Assembly: GCA_963847625.1 (NCBI GenBank)
Contig: CAWKAR010000032.1
Span: forward strand, 1-64,000
Length of the DNA: 64,000 nt
Direction of reading: 5' to 3'
From: a candidate division FCPU426 bacterium
GTDB taxonomy: Bacteria > Oederibacteriota > Muellerivitia > Muellerivitales > Muellerivitaceae
This document shows, piece by piece, positions 9,828 through 19,142 of the stretch. The first letter of the stretch is position 1. Each line of letters starts with the position of its first letter. The position numbers were made by a program, and so were the translations under genes. A model generated the notes under the pieces. The model did not search any database and was not told where the DNA came from. It saw nothing but the letters and a program-made list of their open reading frames with translations.

Positions 9828-11651
9828 TTATAAGCTTTCTTTTTCGCGGTAAATTTGCGGAGATAAACCGGTTGCCCGCTTGAAAGCCTGGATGAAATAA
9901 CTAGAAGAGTTGAACCCGCTTTCCTGGGCTACACGCTCGACAGAAAGAGGACTAGTCCGCAAAAGGCGCTTGGCCTCCTCCAAGCGCAGGCCCTGGAGGT
10001 ATTTTGAAAAACCCAGCCCCGTCGTCCTGCGGAAGCCCTTCAAGAAGGTGGGCACGGAAAGGCCTGTTCGTTCCACCAAATCCTTCAATTTAACTTCCTT
10101 GGTGAAATTTCGGTCCATGAATTGCTTCACTTCCTCCATGCGCGCCAGGCGCCTTCCCTCGGAGGGACGGTCCCCGACTTTCCCGATTTTCTCCAGACCC
10201 TCGCGGAACAGTGAGAGCATCTCTTGGATGGTGGGAGCCTTGAGCAGACGTTCTTCCAGCGAATCGGCCAGCACGTCCAATTCCTGTTCCGAAACAAAAC
10301 AGCTGCGAAGGGAATCCGTCATGATGAAGAAGGCCTCCAGCAGGCAGAGCCGAAGGCTTTCGTTCTGCTCGTTGGAGTAAATGAGCGCCTGGCGAATGAA
10401 TTCCGCCCGGGCCGCTTCCCGTTCCTGATGCGAACCTCCCCGGTAGGCCTTTCGAAGCCAGGCTAGCGCCGGGCGGAGGCCCTGGCCCTGCCGAATCGGT
10501 ACTTTTTCCGCGTAATCCTCGTAAAAAATCAAGGAGCGCCCCATCGAGGAGCAAAGGTTCATGGCCATCACTGCCTGCAGACGAGATTCCACAAGCTTGA
10601 CCCCGGGCGCCAGGGTGGAGCCGATGCCAACCAGAAGTTCCATGCCGGTCTTTTTCTCCAGGCGGCGGCAAATGGCCTCCACGCGTTCTCGGATTTCCAA
10701 CTTGGCCTGCACCTTGGTCTTCGAGGGCGACGCCGAGGTCACGAACAGCACACCGTAATCCTCCAGTTTGCCGGCGACGGTCTCGGGAAATTCCCGGGCC
10801 ACGCTTAAGGCCTCCCATTGTAACCGGTTCGCGCAAACCATGGATTTCAATGTGGACCATTGCTCCAGAGCCGGAGCATGGTGGGTGACCGCCAGTACGG
10901 TCGTGGGGTAGCGTGTGATTCCCAGTTCCTCTTTTTCCCATTTGTGCGAGACTTCGCCAACGCTCACCCTCGGATGGAACTTATCCAGTCCCAGCATGAA
11001 GTCCATCCAAATGAAATGCGGCAGGCAGTGGGAAATACAGCCTTTTCGCAACACTTCCAGCCGTTCCGCCATTTGTTCATCCGCCCGGCCGCACAAGTAG
11101 TCCGCGAGGATTTCTAGAAGCTCCTGGCTTCCTTCCAAGGCGGGTGGAGTCAGCACAACGGTATCAAGCGCCATGCGGGCGTAATCCAGGAAATCCGGGT
11201 CTGGAGCATCAGCGCGCCGGCCGGAAAGGGAGGTCCATTGCGTGCAAATCTCGGTTTCCGTGAAGAATTTCTTCACAAAGGACCCGGTTGCCAGGAAGCC
11301 GTGAAAGGTGTCATCGGTGACCACCGGGATAAAAATTTCGTTGAACCCGCGGTGTTTCCCTATCAGGGTTCTTCTTTCCTTCTTCAGCCGAGAGAAATAC
11401 AGGTTGTTGAACTGCTCTCGGTCACCGGTCTTCCCGAAAAGAGATTCAAAGTGAGTGGGATTATGTAGGAAATTGTGGCTGTAGAAAAGGGGTCTCCAAT
11501 CGGAATAATTCCCGGCCGGGACAAAGAAACAGTTCAGGTTCAAGTAAGTAGCGAAGAGATTGTAGATACGCATGTAGATAGTGAAATAAAGGTCCCGATT
11601 GACGCTGGGAGGAAGGAAAATCGGTTTGGAATTCCGGCCTGTAGAGCTCAC
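9828..11651 (-). CDS. AraC-family regulator with large N-terminal sensor region (PocR-like)
   Basis: C-terminal double HTH (FSKYLQGLRLEEAKRLL...VAQESGFNSSSYFIQAFKRATGLSP); N-terminal HRGFNEIFIPVV...GFLATG. Confidence 0.88.
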   Translation of the reverse strand: MSSTGRNSKPIFLPPSVNRDLYFTIYMRIYNLFATYLNLNCFFVPAGNYSDWRPLFYSHNFLHNPTHFESLFGKTGDREQFNNLYFSRLKKERRTLIGKHRGFNEIFIPVVTDDTFHGFLATGSFVKKFFTETEICTQWTSLSGRRADAPDPDFLDYARMALDTVVLTPPALEGSQELLEILADYLCGRADEQMAERLEVLRKGCISHCLPHFIWMDFMLGLDKFHPRVSVGEVSHKWEKEELGITRYPTTVLAVTHHAPALEQWSTLKSMVCANRLQWEALSVAREFPETVAGKLEDYGVLFVTSASPSKTKVQAKLEIRERVEAICRRLEKKTGMELLVGIGSTLAPGVKLVESRLQAVMAMNLCSSMGRSLIFYEDYAEKVPIRQGQGLRPALAWLRKAYRGGSHQEREAARAEFIRQALIYSNEQNESLRLCLLEAFFIMTDSLRSCFVSEQELDVLADSLEERLLKAPTIQEMLSLFREGLEKIGKVGDRPSEGRRLARMEEVKQFMDRNFTKEVKLKDLVERTGLSVPTFLKGFRRTTGLGFSKYLQGLRLEEAKRLLRTSPLSVERVAQESGFNSSSYFIQAFKRATGLSPQIYREKESL

Positions 11652-12109
11652 ATCACCCCCGGCGCAGGCAGCAGGTTACCGTTGTTGGATTGGAAATTCC
11701 AATAGCTGGCTAATCCGACCTGCTGCAGAAAAGCAGTCAAAACAAGCGGGCGGAACAGTTTTTTACCCAAATTTTCATTCAACATGCTCCCCAAGTTTTT
11801 ACATGACTTAAAAAATTTGTAATAAAACCTTCGCGATATCAAAAGCAATTCAACAAAATCCATGCCAATTCGCCATTAATTTATATTGTTGCCATATTCC
11901 CCTTCACAACATCGTATGCTTCTTTCGAATAAAATTTATCGTATAGGAAAAATAAAGCTTAAAACCCGTTTAATAAATATTAACACAAAATTTGTTTTTT
12001 ATAAATTATTTCATCTATCCTTTGAGTATCATCATTGAAGTTTCGATTTTCTTCGCACAGGACATATTTGGTTGTTCCCAAAAAGAATGATTCACTAGGA
12101 GGAAGGCAA

Positions 12110-13042
12110 ATGAAGCAATCACCTTGGATGGTCCTAGTCTTGTTTTTAATCTTGCAGTCGGTCTGGATTTCCTTTGAGGGTTGCCACAATGGGGCTTCCC
12201 CGACCATTCCTCCCATTCTTACATCCACGCCCACCAAAACCCTGACTCCAACCCCCACGTTTACCTTGACCTTGACCATTACCAACTCACGCACAAACAC
12301 TCCGACCGCCACTCCCACTCCCACAACCACTAATACCAACACCCCATGGCCGACAAATGTTCCTACTTCGACTTTTACCATTACATCTACTGATACCGAT
12401 ACTCCAACCATTACCGAAACCCCGACCAATACCAACACACAGATCTATACACCGACAGTTACCTTAACAAACACTCCCACCAACACGTTCACTTCAGTCG
12501 CACCTGCAAACTGCACCTCCACCTCCACGCCCGCCCTCATCGATGATTTTGAGGCCAACACAAGTTCCAACACGTCCATCCTACAGGATCAATGTCGCAC
12601 AGGTTATTATTTCTGGTACGGAAATCCGAGTCCGAGCGTCGTTGTTGCCTCACCCGGAACAGGATTCGCTTGTACGAGTGGAACCAGCGCCAATGCCCTT
12701 CATTATACCAGTGGACCGGTGACTGGTTATGGATCCGTTTTCGCTATTGCTTCCATTTCAGGAGGAGAACCTTATGACATCAGCAGTTTCACGGGGATTC
12801 ATTTCTGTGGAATGTTGGGAAGCACAGCCGCAGCCATCGGGCCGGGTACCCTGGAAATTGATGATGCGAGTGGCGGCAATAGTAAGTCCACGATTCCCAC
12901 TTTTACAACTTCTTGGCAACAGATCCAAATTGCCTTTCCACTCACCGGCGCAAACCTTCACCAGGTTACGACAATACTCTGGACCGATGGAACGACCACT
13001 TCCCCAGTGGACTATTGGTTAGATAACATTTCTTTCTATTAA
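12110..13042 (+). CDS. Lipoprotein with long Thr/Pro linker and CBM11/CIA30-like domain
   Basis: RBS AGGAGG before ATG 12110; FEGC lipobox; about 100 aa T/P/N-rich linker; LIDDFE...YDISSFTGIHF...WQQIQIAF...YWLDNISFY. Confidence 0.75.
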   Translation: MKQSPWMVLVLFLILQSVWISFEGCHNGASPTIPPILTSTPTKTLTPTPTFTLTLTITNSRTNTPTATPTPTTTNTNTPWPTNVPTSTFTITSTDTDTPTITETPTNTNTQIYTPTVTLTNTPTNTFTSVAPANCTSTSTPALIDDFEANTSSNTSILQDQCRTGYYFWYGNPSPSVVVASPGTGFACTSGTSANALHYTSGPVTGYGSVFAIASISGGEPYDISSFTGIHFCGMLGSTAAAIGPGTLEIDDASGGNSKSTIPTFTTSWQQIQIAFPLTGANLHQVTTILWTDGTTTSPVDYWLDNISFY

Positions 13043-13224
13043 AAAAGTTAGATGCTTCATCGTGTAGCCCCAATGACGCGCCTCCAGTTGTTGAAGCACC
13101 GATAAAGTCACTCTATAAACTCAGTTAGTTGAGGTCGTCATAGGCTTGAAGTTGCTGTTGGGCCCCATGTGGACACTTTTCGTGCCGATGTTTTGCCGAA
13201 CCGAACATTTAAATTAAGGTGGTT

Positions 13225-13998
13225 ATGAACCAGAGAAAATATCCTATCCTCTTTCCCGTTTTTTTCGCGCTAGGGTTGTTTGCCGGTTGCGGGGCGGTGC
13301 TGGTTAATAAAGGCTCAAAGGACGAACCCCTTTCAGCCGGGTTGAAAAACCCCGAAACCACCCTGCCCAAGATCATCGTGCCGGCCGAGCAAAAGCTCAT
13401 CGGGAATTTCGAGGACGGCACGGTCCACATGAACCCCAACCTTTACGGAACCAAGGGCGCGGGCCTTTGGAGCGTCAACACCTACGGCGGAAGCACCATC
13501 AACGAGGTGTTCGTGGTTCCCGGCGGGGCCAACGGCACCAAGATGGCCGCCCATATTTTCGGTAAATTGGTGAACAAGGGAGACGGAGCCTATCCTTCCT
13601 TTCTCCTGGACGGCAAGTTCAAACCCAACGGTTACTTCGACGCCAGCCCCTTCAACGGAATCCGTTTCTATTACAAGGCGGCCTCCAGCGACCAGGCCCC
13701 TTCCAGGCGCTTTACCATCCCCATCGCACCCACTATGCCCTCCTCCGCGGGAGGAACCTGCACCGACAACTGTTACAACAATTTCGGCTGGGACCTTTCC
13801 TCCAAGGGGGATTGGGCCCTCATCACCCTTCCATTCAGCAACCTCACCCGGCAGTCGGGATGGGGAAATCCCATCACGCCGCCTGAGTTCACAGAGCACT
13901 TGAATGAGATACTGGGCATAGAGTGGTCCCATAACGCGGGCAACACCGCGGGAACTTATAACATCGATTACTGGGTGGATGAGGTCGAGTTTTTTTAA
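13225..13998 (+). CDS. Lipoprotein, CIA30/CBM11-like carbohydrate-binding domain
   Basis: FAGC lipobox; LIGNFEDG, FDASPFNGIRFYYK, WALITLPFSNLTRQSGWG, YWVDEVEFF. Confidence 0.78.
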   Translation: MNQRKYPILFPVFFALGLFAGCGAVLVNKGSKDEPLSAGLKNPETTLPKIIVPAEQKLIGNFEDGTVHMNPNLYGTKGAGLWSVNTYGGSTINEVFVVPGGANGTKMAAHIFGKLVNKGDGAYPSFLLDGKFKPNGYFDASPFNGIRFYYKAASSDQAPSRRFTIPIAPTMPSSAGGTCTDNCYNNFGWDLSSKGDWALITLPFSNLTRQSGWGNPITPPEFTEHLNEILGIEWSHNAGNTAGTYNIDYWVDEVEFF

Positions 13999-14070
13999 TA
14001 AAAATTTCGGAAGACAAGTTCCGGGTATTGAAAAGTTGAAACTGGTTTAATTTGTTGATGCGAGGTTATT

Positions 14071-16896
14071 TTGATTCTTAGATTCAAGACAACATTCAAG
14101 GGCTTCCTTTTCTTAGCCCTTCTATATATAGGCCCTCTGGCTACAGGCCTTTGGGCGAATCCTTCGGATAATGTGACTTCCGACGAACCCCTTTACCAGC
14201 GCGTGAAGGCGTTGGAAGCCTACGGCCTTTTGGATTCCCAAGACCAGGCAGTCCTCGACCAGGGCCGGGTGGTGACGAAACTGGAGTTGGATTTCTTCAC
14301 GGAAAAGGCCAAGGCCAACTACCAGGCTTCCCAAGGGTTGCAGGTCGCCCTGGCGTCCCAGGCCGCGTCCACTTCCGCCTCTAAAGCTACTCCGGCTCCA
14401 ACGGCGGTAACGGCGACAACACCGGCCACGGATCCGGATTTCGTGCAAGGGTTCTCTCTTTACCAGCAAAAGCAGTACGCCCAAGCCGTTCCCAAATTCC
14501 AGGCTGTCATCCAGCAAAACCCGAATAACGCGATGGCCTACTATTACTTGGGTTATTGCCAGGTCATGGCGGGGAACACAAAGGAAGGCGCGGTGGCTTT
14601 GACCCTGTTCCTTCAGAAACAACCCAATCCTTCCATCCAGGATTACCTCACACGAGTGAAGGCCAAGCTGACGCCAGCGGACCAGCAATGGGTTGACGCG
14701 CAAACGGCCGCCACATCGAATCTAACTCAACCCGCCAACGCCGATCTCGAGCGGGAAATCAACGCACTCCTCAAGATCCTCGATGAGGAATCGGATTATC
14801 TCAAGACGAGAATGGCTTTGGACGACTACCGTTTGCAAGAACAGGAAAAGGAACTGGAGGCCTTGCAAACCACACAGGATGACGTCAACTCGGTCTTCCG
14901 GAAGTCCAACAAGTCCTCCGGCTCCCCCCATTTCACCTATACGGCGGACAACCGGACGGAAAACCTTCACCTGTCGGGCATCACCGTGGTGGGCGCTACC
15001 CATAGCTATTACGAGTTCACCTTGGGAGTCTGGAGCGACTTGGGAGGGGAAGGCGCATTTACCATGAATATCAACGGAAGCGTCCCGGATTGGAACTCTT
15101 CCTCGGCCCCGGTCTCCTTTTCCGTAAATTCCTCGTCCTTGAATTTCAATGTGGACGGAATGCTGGGACACTGGAGCAACACCGTGGCGGTGGAAGCCTA
15201 CTCCTTCGACACGGATTTGGGGGATTTCACCAGGGGCGCTGGCACGAATTCCCTGCGTTTCGAGGATCCCTTCGACATCAAGAGGTATTCGGGCGACAAG
15301 AACCAAAAATGCTGGGACGATTACATGACAAACCTGGGGTTCGTCCCCAGTACGGCCTCCTGGACCAATCAGAACCAGAGTATGGAGGTTTTCGACGGCC
15401 TCTACATGGTTGGAACCAAATTGCCCCTGGTCAGTAAGGACGCGAAACTGAACCTGCTCGTCGGCAGGACGGACGGTGACCCCCACCGATGGGAAGAAGG
15501 GCTCAGGTACAGCCAGCCCTGGGCCAACGGCTTGTTGCAGACTTCCCTGTCAACCGAGTGGGTGAACGAGGACGAGCTGAACGCCTCGGTAACCCAGGCG
15601 AATATGGGCATGAAATCCTGCGCAGGGTACTTCGGTTTAGACTTTAAGCCCGTGGTTTTGGGTTTTGAGCTTGGATACAGCCATTTATATACCGGCATAT
15701 ATAATTCCAGCGTTACGAGTTACGCCCCTAACGGCAACATTAAACCCCTCACCTATGACGCCCCTGCCGGCCAGACCTCCTTGAACCTTTACCCCTTGAC
15801 GTTTTATTACACGGCCATCAGCGATGAATTCTCGAATTTCCAAAGCAAGGTTGTCCTCGGAGGAATCCAGTTCTGGAAGTTCGGTTTTCCCGGCCAGCCC
15901 GTAATGGACGACAATTTCGGGTATGTGGGCCTACCGGGTGACCTTGTCAGCGACCGATACGGCTGGCGGGTCAACCTGGGATGGAAGGGGCGCCAGGAAA
16001 GCTGGACCAAGCCCCTGCCAGATTTCCTGGATGACATAATCATCAACTTGGACGTTGCCCAGAGAACCGAGTACCAATCCATGCAGGACGAATTGGGCTA
16101 TTACCCCGTGGAGGCCTACAACCTCATCTCGGTTTTTTATCCGGAGGACAACGGCATATTCGGAACCATGTGGTCCAACTGGGGGACGACGCATTTTGCT
16201 GGCCAAGAATACGTCAATAATATTGAAGGCCTCCGCAACGACGGGAATAACTTCGGGCAATACGTCATCAACTTTGGCCCGCCTGTTTCTGAGCGAATCC
16301 CGTTGATTATCGCGGCAGATAGCAATTATCAGCCAGTCCCTGTTGGAACCTCCCCAGCGACGCATCCTGTAACTACGATATCCGGGGGTCCCACAACCAT
16401 CAGCAATTACGTCTATCTCTCCAATTTGAAGACATACCATTACGTTACCCTGACCTTAAAACCTCAGCTGAACAAAATTTTTAAAATTAACACCCCGTTT
16501 TATGCCGGCCTCTTCTTCACCGATAACCAAGTCGCAGGAACCTCCGGCGATCCATCATTGGAAAAAATGCCGGATCCCAACCGGCCAGGCCAAACCCTGG
16601 GGAACATTCCTAACCTGTTCGAACAAACCGTTTACGACGCAGCCTTTTTATATGGGGTTTTCAACCACGTCAACCTCCTTGTGGATTACGGGCTGGAGCT
16701 GTGGAAATCCAACTATACCTATCCCAGGGTTGATTACCGGACGGATTCCGTGGGAACCGGGTTCGCTTACGACATCCCTTGGAGCGGATGTAAATGGGAA
16801 TTTCGCTATAAACATATCAATTTCCGGGACCTATATGTCTCGGCCAACAGCTACCAAGCGGACCAGGTTTATTCCTTTTTCCTCTTCCAGTTTTAA
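14071..16896 (+). CDS. Large outer-membrane protein A: SLH-like N-terminus, TPR, coiled coil, predicted beta-barrel
   Basis: Signal peptide; SDNVTSDEPLYQRVKALEAYGLL; TPR (YAQAVPKFQAVIQQNPNNAMAYYYLG); heptad segment; amphipathic strands; ends FFLFQF. Confidence 0.7.
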   Translation: MILRFKTTFKGFLFLALLYIGPLATGLWANPSDNVTSDEPLYQRVKALEAYGLLDSQDQAVLDQGRVVTKLELDFFTEKAKANYQASQGLQVALASQAASTSASKATPAPTAVTATTPATDPDFVQGFSLYQQKQYAQAVPKFQAVIQQNPNNAMAYYYLGYCQVMAGNTKEGAVALTLFLQKQPNPSIQDYLTRVKAKLTPADQQWVDAQTAATSNLTQPANADLEREINALLKILDEESDYLKTRMALDDYRLQEQEKELEALQTTQDDVNSVFRKSNKSSGSPHFTYTADNRTENLHLSGITVVGATHSYYEFTLGVWSDLGGEGAFTMNINGSVPDWNSSSAPVSFSVNSSSLNFNVDGMLGHWSNTVAVEAYSFDTDLGDFTRGAGTNSLRFEDPFDIKRYSGDKNQKCWDDYMTNLGFVPSTASWTNQNQSMEVFDGLYMVGTKLPLVSKDAKLNLLVGRTDGDPHRWEEGLRYSQPWANGLLQTSLSTEWVNEDELNASVTQANMGMKSCAGYFGLDFKPVVLGFELGYSHLYTGIYNSSVTSYAPNGNIKPLTYDAPAGQTSLNLYPLTFYYTAISDEFSNFQSKVVLGGIQFWKFGFPGQPVMDDNFGYVGLPGDLVSDRYGWRVNLGWKGRQESWTKPLPDFLDDIIINLDVAQRTEYQSMQDELGYYPVEAYNLISVFYPEDNGIFGTMWSNWGTTHFAGQEYVNNIEGLRNDGNNFGQYVINFGPPVSERIPLIIAADSNYQPVPVGTSPATHPVTTISGGPTTISNYVYLSNLKTYHYVTLTLKPQLNKIFKINTPFYAGLFFTDNQVAGTSGDPSLEKMPDPNRPGQTLGNIPNLFEQTVYDAAFLYGVFNHVNLLVDYGLELWKSNYTYPRVDYRTDSVGTGFAYDIPWSGCKWEFRYKHINFRDLYVSANSYQADQVYSFFLFQF

Positions 16897-16949
16897 AGGG
16901 AAAACGCCGGGCTAGGGAGGCCCGGAAAAATTCAAGGGAAAGAAGAAAC

Positions 16950-19142
16950 GTGAAAAAAATATCCATCAATTTAATTGTAACCGCCTTTTTCACCGGATTG
17001 GCCTTTAACGCTTGGGCCGGCCATGGGGTCTTGACCTCCACGGAACGGGATCCCTGGGTGAACCAGACCGTCCAGGATTTGGTGGACGCAGGTTTGGTTG
17101 TCCAACCCCAGAAACCCGTGGGCCAGTTGACCAACTTGGAAGTGGCCCAATTGACCCACTTAGCCGTCCAATCCTGGCTGTCCCAGGATCAGGAAGCCCT
17201 GACTTCCGCCGGAACCAGAACCCAGGGCCCCGAACCCGCGGTGAGCCGAAGCCTGCAGAAACTGGCGGACGAGTTCCAGGATGAGCTAATAACCATGGGC
17301 CAGGACATGGCCCAACTTGAGGACAGGCTGTACGACTCCCAGCACCGAAACGAGATATTCAAAACCCTCCAGCAGGAATACCTGAAGCGAACTGGAACAA
17401 GCATGGCGGGATACGCCAGGGGCTATTTCAATACATACCGTGGTTCCGGGATCAACGCCCCTTACGGCCCGTGGGACAACAACGATATTCTGCTGGGGGA
17501 CATCATCCTGAAGAGCATCCCGGTTTCATTCCTTTTATTCAACACGGACTTGCGTGTAACCCGAACCAACGGCTTGATATACGCGGATCCGATCAATCCA
17601 ACGTTCAACCTGCGCTGGATTTCCCTCACCTACGCCAACGAGTTGGCCAATTTTACTGCCGGCGACTTTTTCCGGAGTTACACCCCCTTGACGCTCTGGA
17701 ACTATGAAATCCCGGTTTATACCCTGATCGAACCCAGTTCCTACCAAAGGGTCCGCAATGACATCGAGGGAATGATATTTATGGACCATGGGCCTAATTG
17801 GCACATGCGGGGTTTTGAGGGGACCTCGGACAAGGCCGTTACCAACAGCGATGTGTTCAGTTCCTTTCACTTGCAGGCCATGGGCGGGATCTTAACGCCG
17901 GAATCACAATATGTTTACGCTAATGATTACGCCGGAAGCGAAGCGGCCTTGGACTTGTTCGGGGACAAGCTGGAATTCAAAGGCGCCGGTTACCTTCTTT
18001 GGGTGGATACCAACAGCGTCAATTACATTTCGGGAATAACGCCGAACGGGGAGCAATATCAGGTGGGTAGCCTCTCGGCAAAGGGAACCCTGCCCCTGGG
18101 AAAATCCGTCACGCTGTCAGCCAACGGCGAATACGCCTCTAGCTACTACCAGGATGACGCCAACCAAAACCAGAATAACCTCAAGGATTGGGCAGTCCTC
18201 GCTGGCGGTTCCTTGGATTTCGAGGGTGCTCTATTAAGTGTTAAATACTTAAGCAACGGACCTAATTTTTATTCACCCGGGGCACAAACCAACCGCTTCA
18301 GCCCCGTTCCAAGTACCGCCGGTTATTTGAACGGGAACCAAAAGCTGGATGACGGCCTTTCAGGCTACCTGGATAATTACGTCTTCCAAGGTGTCGGCCA
18401 ACCTATGTTCGCCCCCTATGACCGCATGGCGGAGAATATCCTTCCATACGGCGACTCCACCCCAAACCGGGAGGGCCTAATCCTGGGGTTGAAAGCTGAT
18501 CTTGGAAAGGGAGGATGGCTCAAGCCCAAGGCGTCCATGGCGGTCAACATGCACGAAGTGCAGCCGGATATTCTGACCGTGGTTGAACATTATTACATTC
18601 CCGCGGATAGCCAGATCAATACGATAGCCGCGAGGAAATTCGGAGGATATGAGGGGGCTCTGGTCTTGGATTTGGGCAAGGTTCTCGAAGGGGCGCCTAA
18701 AACCTGTGCCTTATCCGGCGATTACAAGCACCAGAGTGTTGACCTGGGAACAGGGGCAAACCCATTTACGTTGGACAGTTATATCGCCAGCGCGGATATC
18801 GGCCCTTTCCCCCACGTACCCCTTTTTGAAGGACTGGTTCTTTCTGCGTCTTTTGAACAGGCAAAATCCAGCGGAAGCGAATTCGTTCTGAGTGAACCCG
18901 CCACAATACCCCCGACCCTGGCGGAATACGCCTCCTACTATGACACGTCCTTGATCGGAGGTTACATTTACCAGCCGCTGGATTTCACCCGCACATCCTG
19001 GGCTTTCGGCTTCAAATGTAATTTAAGCCGAACCTTTGAATTGCACGGGGATTGGTTCATCAACAAATACACCTGGTCCGATGTCCCAGGCTATGACCGT
19101 CGTGAACAGATTTGGAGGTTATCCGCAGATGTTTCTTTCTAA
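16950..19142 (+). CDS. Large outer-membrane protein B: SLH-like N-terminus, coiled coil, predicted beta-barrel
   Basis: Signal peptide (AWA); DPWVNQTVQDLVDAGLV...LTNLEVAQL; LQKLADEFQDEL; ends LSADVSF. Confidence 0.72.
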   Translation: MKKISINLIVTAFFTGLAFNAWAGHGVLTSTERDPWVNQTVQDLVDAGLVVQPQKPVGQLTNLEVAQLTHLAVQSWLSQDQEALTSAGTRTQGPEPAVSRSLQKLADEFQDELITMGQDMAQLEDRLYDSQHRNEIFKTLQQEYLKRTGTSMAGYARGYFNTYRGSGINAPYGPWDNNDILLGDIILKSIPVSFLLFNTDLRVTRTNGLIYADPINPTFNLRWISLTYANELANFTAGDFFRSYTPLTLWNYEIPVYTLIEPSSYQRVRNDIEGMIFMDHGPNWHMRGFEGTSDKAVTNSDVFSSFHLQAMGGILTPESQYVYANDYAGSEAALDLFGDKLEFKGAGYLLWVDTNSVNYISGITPNGEQYQVGSLSAKGTLPLGKSVTLSANGEYASSYYQDDANQNQNNLKDWAVLAGGSLDFEGALLSVKYLSNGPNFYSPGAQTNRFSPVPSTAGYLNGNQKLDDGLSGYLDNYVFQGVGQPMFAPYDRMAENILPYGDSTPNREGLILGLKADLGKGGWLKPKASMAVNMHEVQPDILTVVEHYYIPADSQINTIAARKFGGYEGALVLDLGKVLEGAPKTCALSGDYKHQSVDLGTGANPFTLDSYIASADIGPFPHVPLFEGLVLSASFEQAKSSGSEFVLSEPATIPPTLAEYASYYDTSLIGGYIYQPLDFTRTSWAFGFKCNLSRTFELHGDWFINKYTWSDVPGYDRREQIWRLSADVSF

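Noticed and set aside
11980..12438. Val/Gly-rich ORF resembling a membrane protein (similarly 29669-30130)
   Set aside because: Reverse-strand reading of Thr/Pro linker codons.
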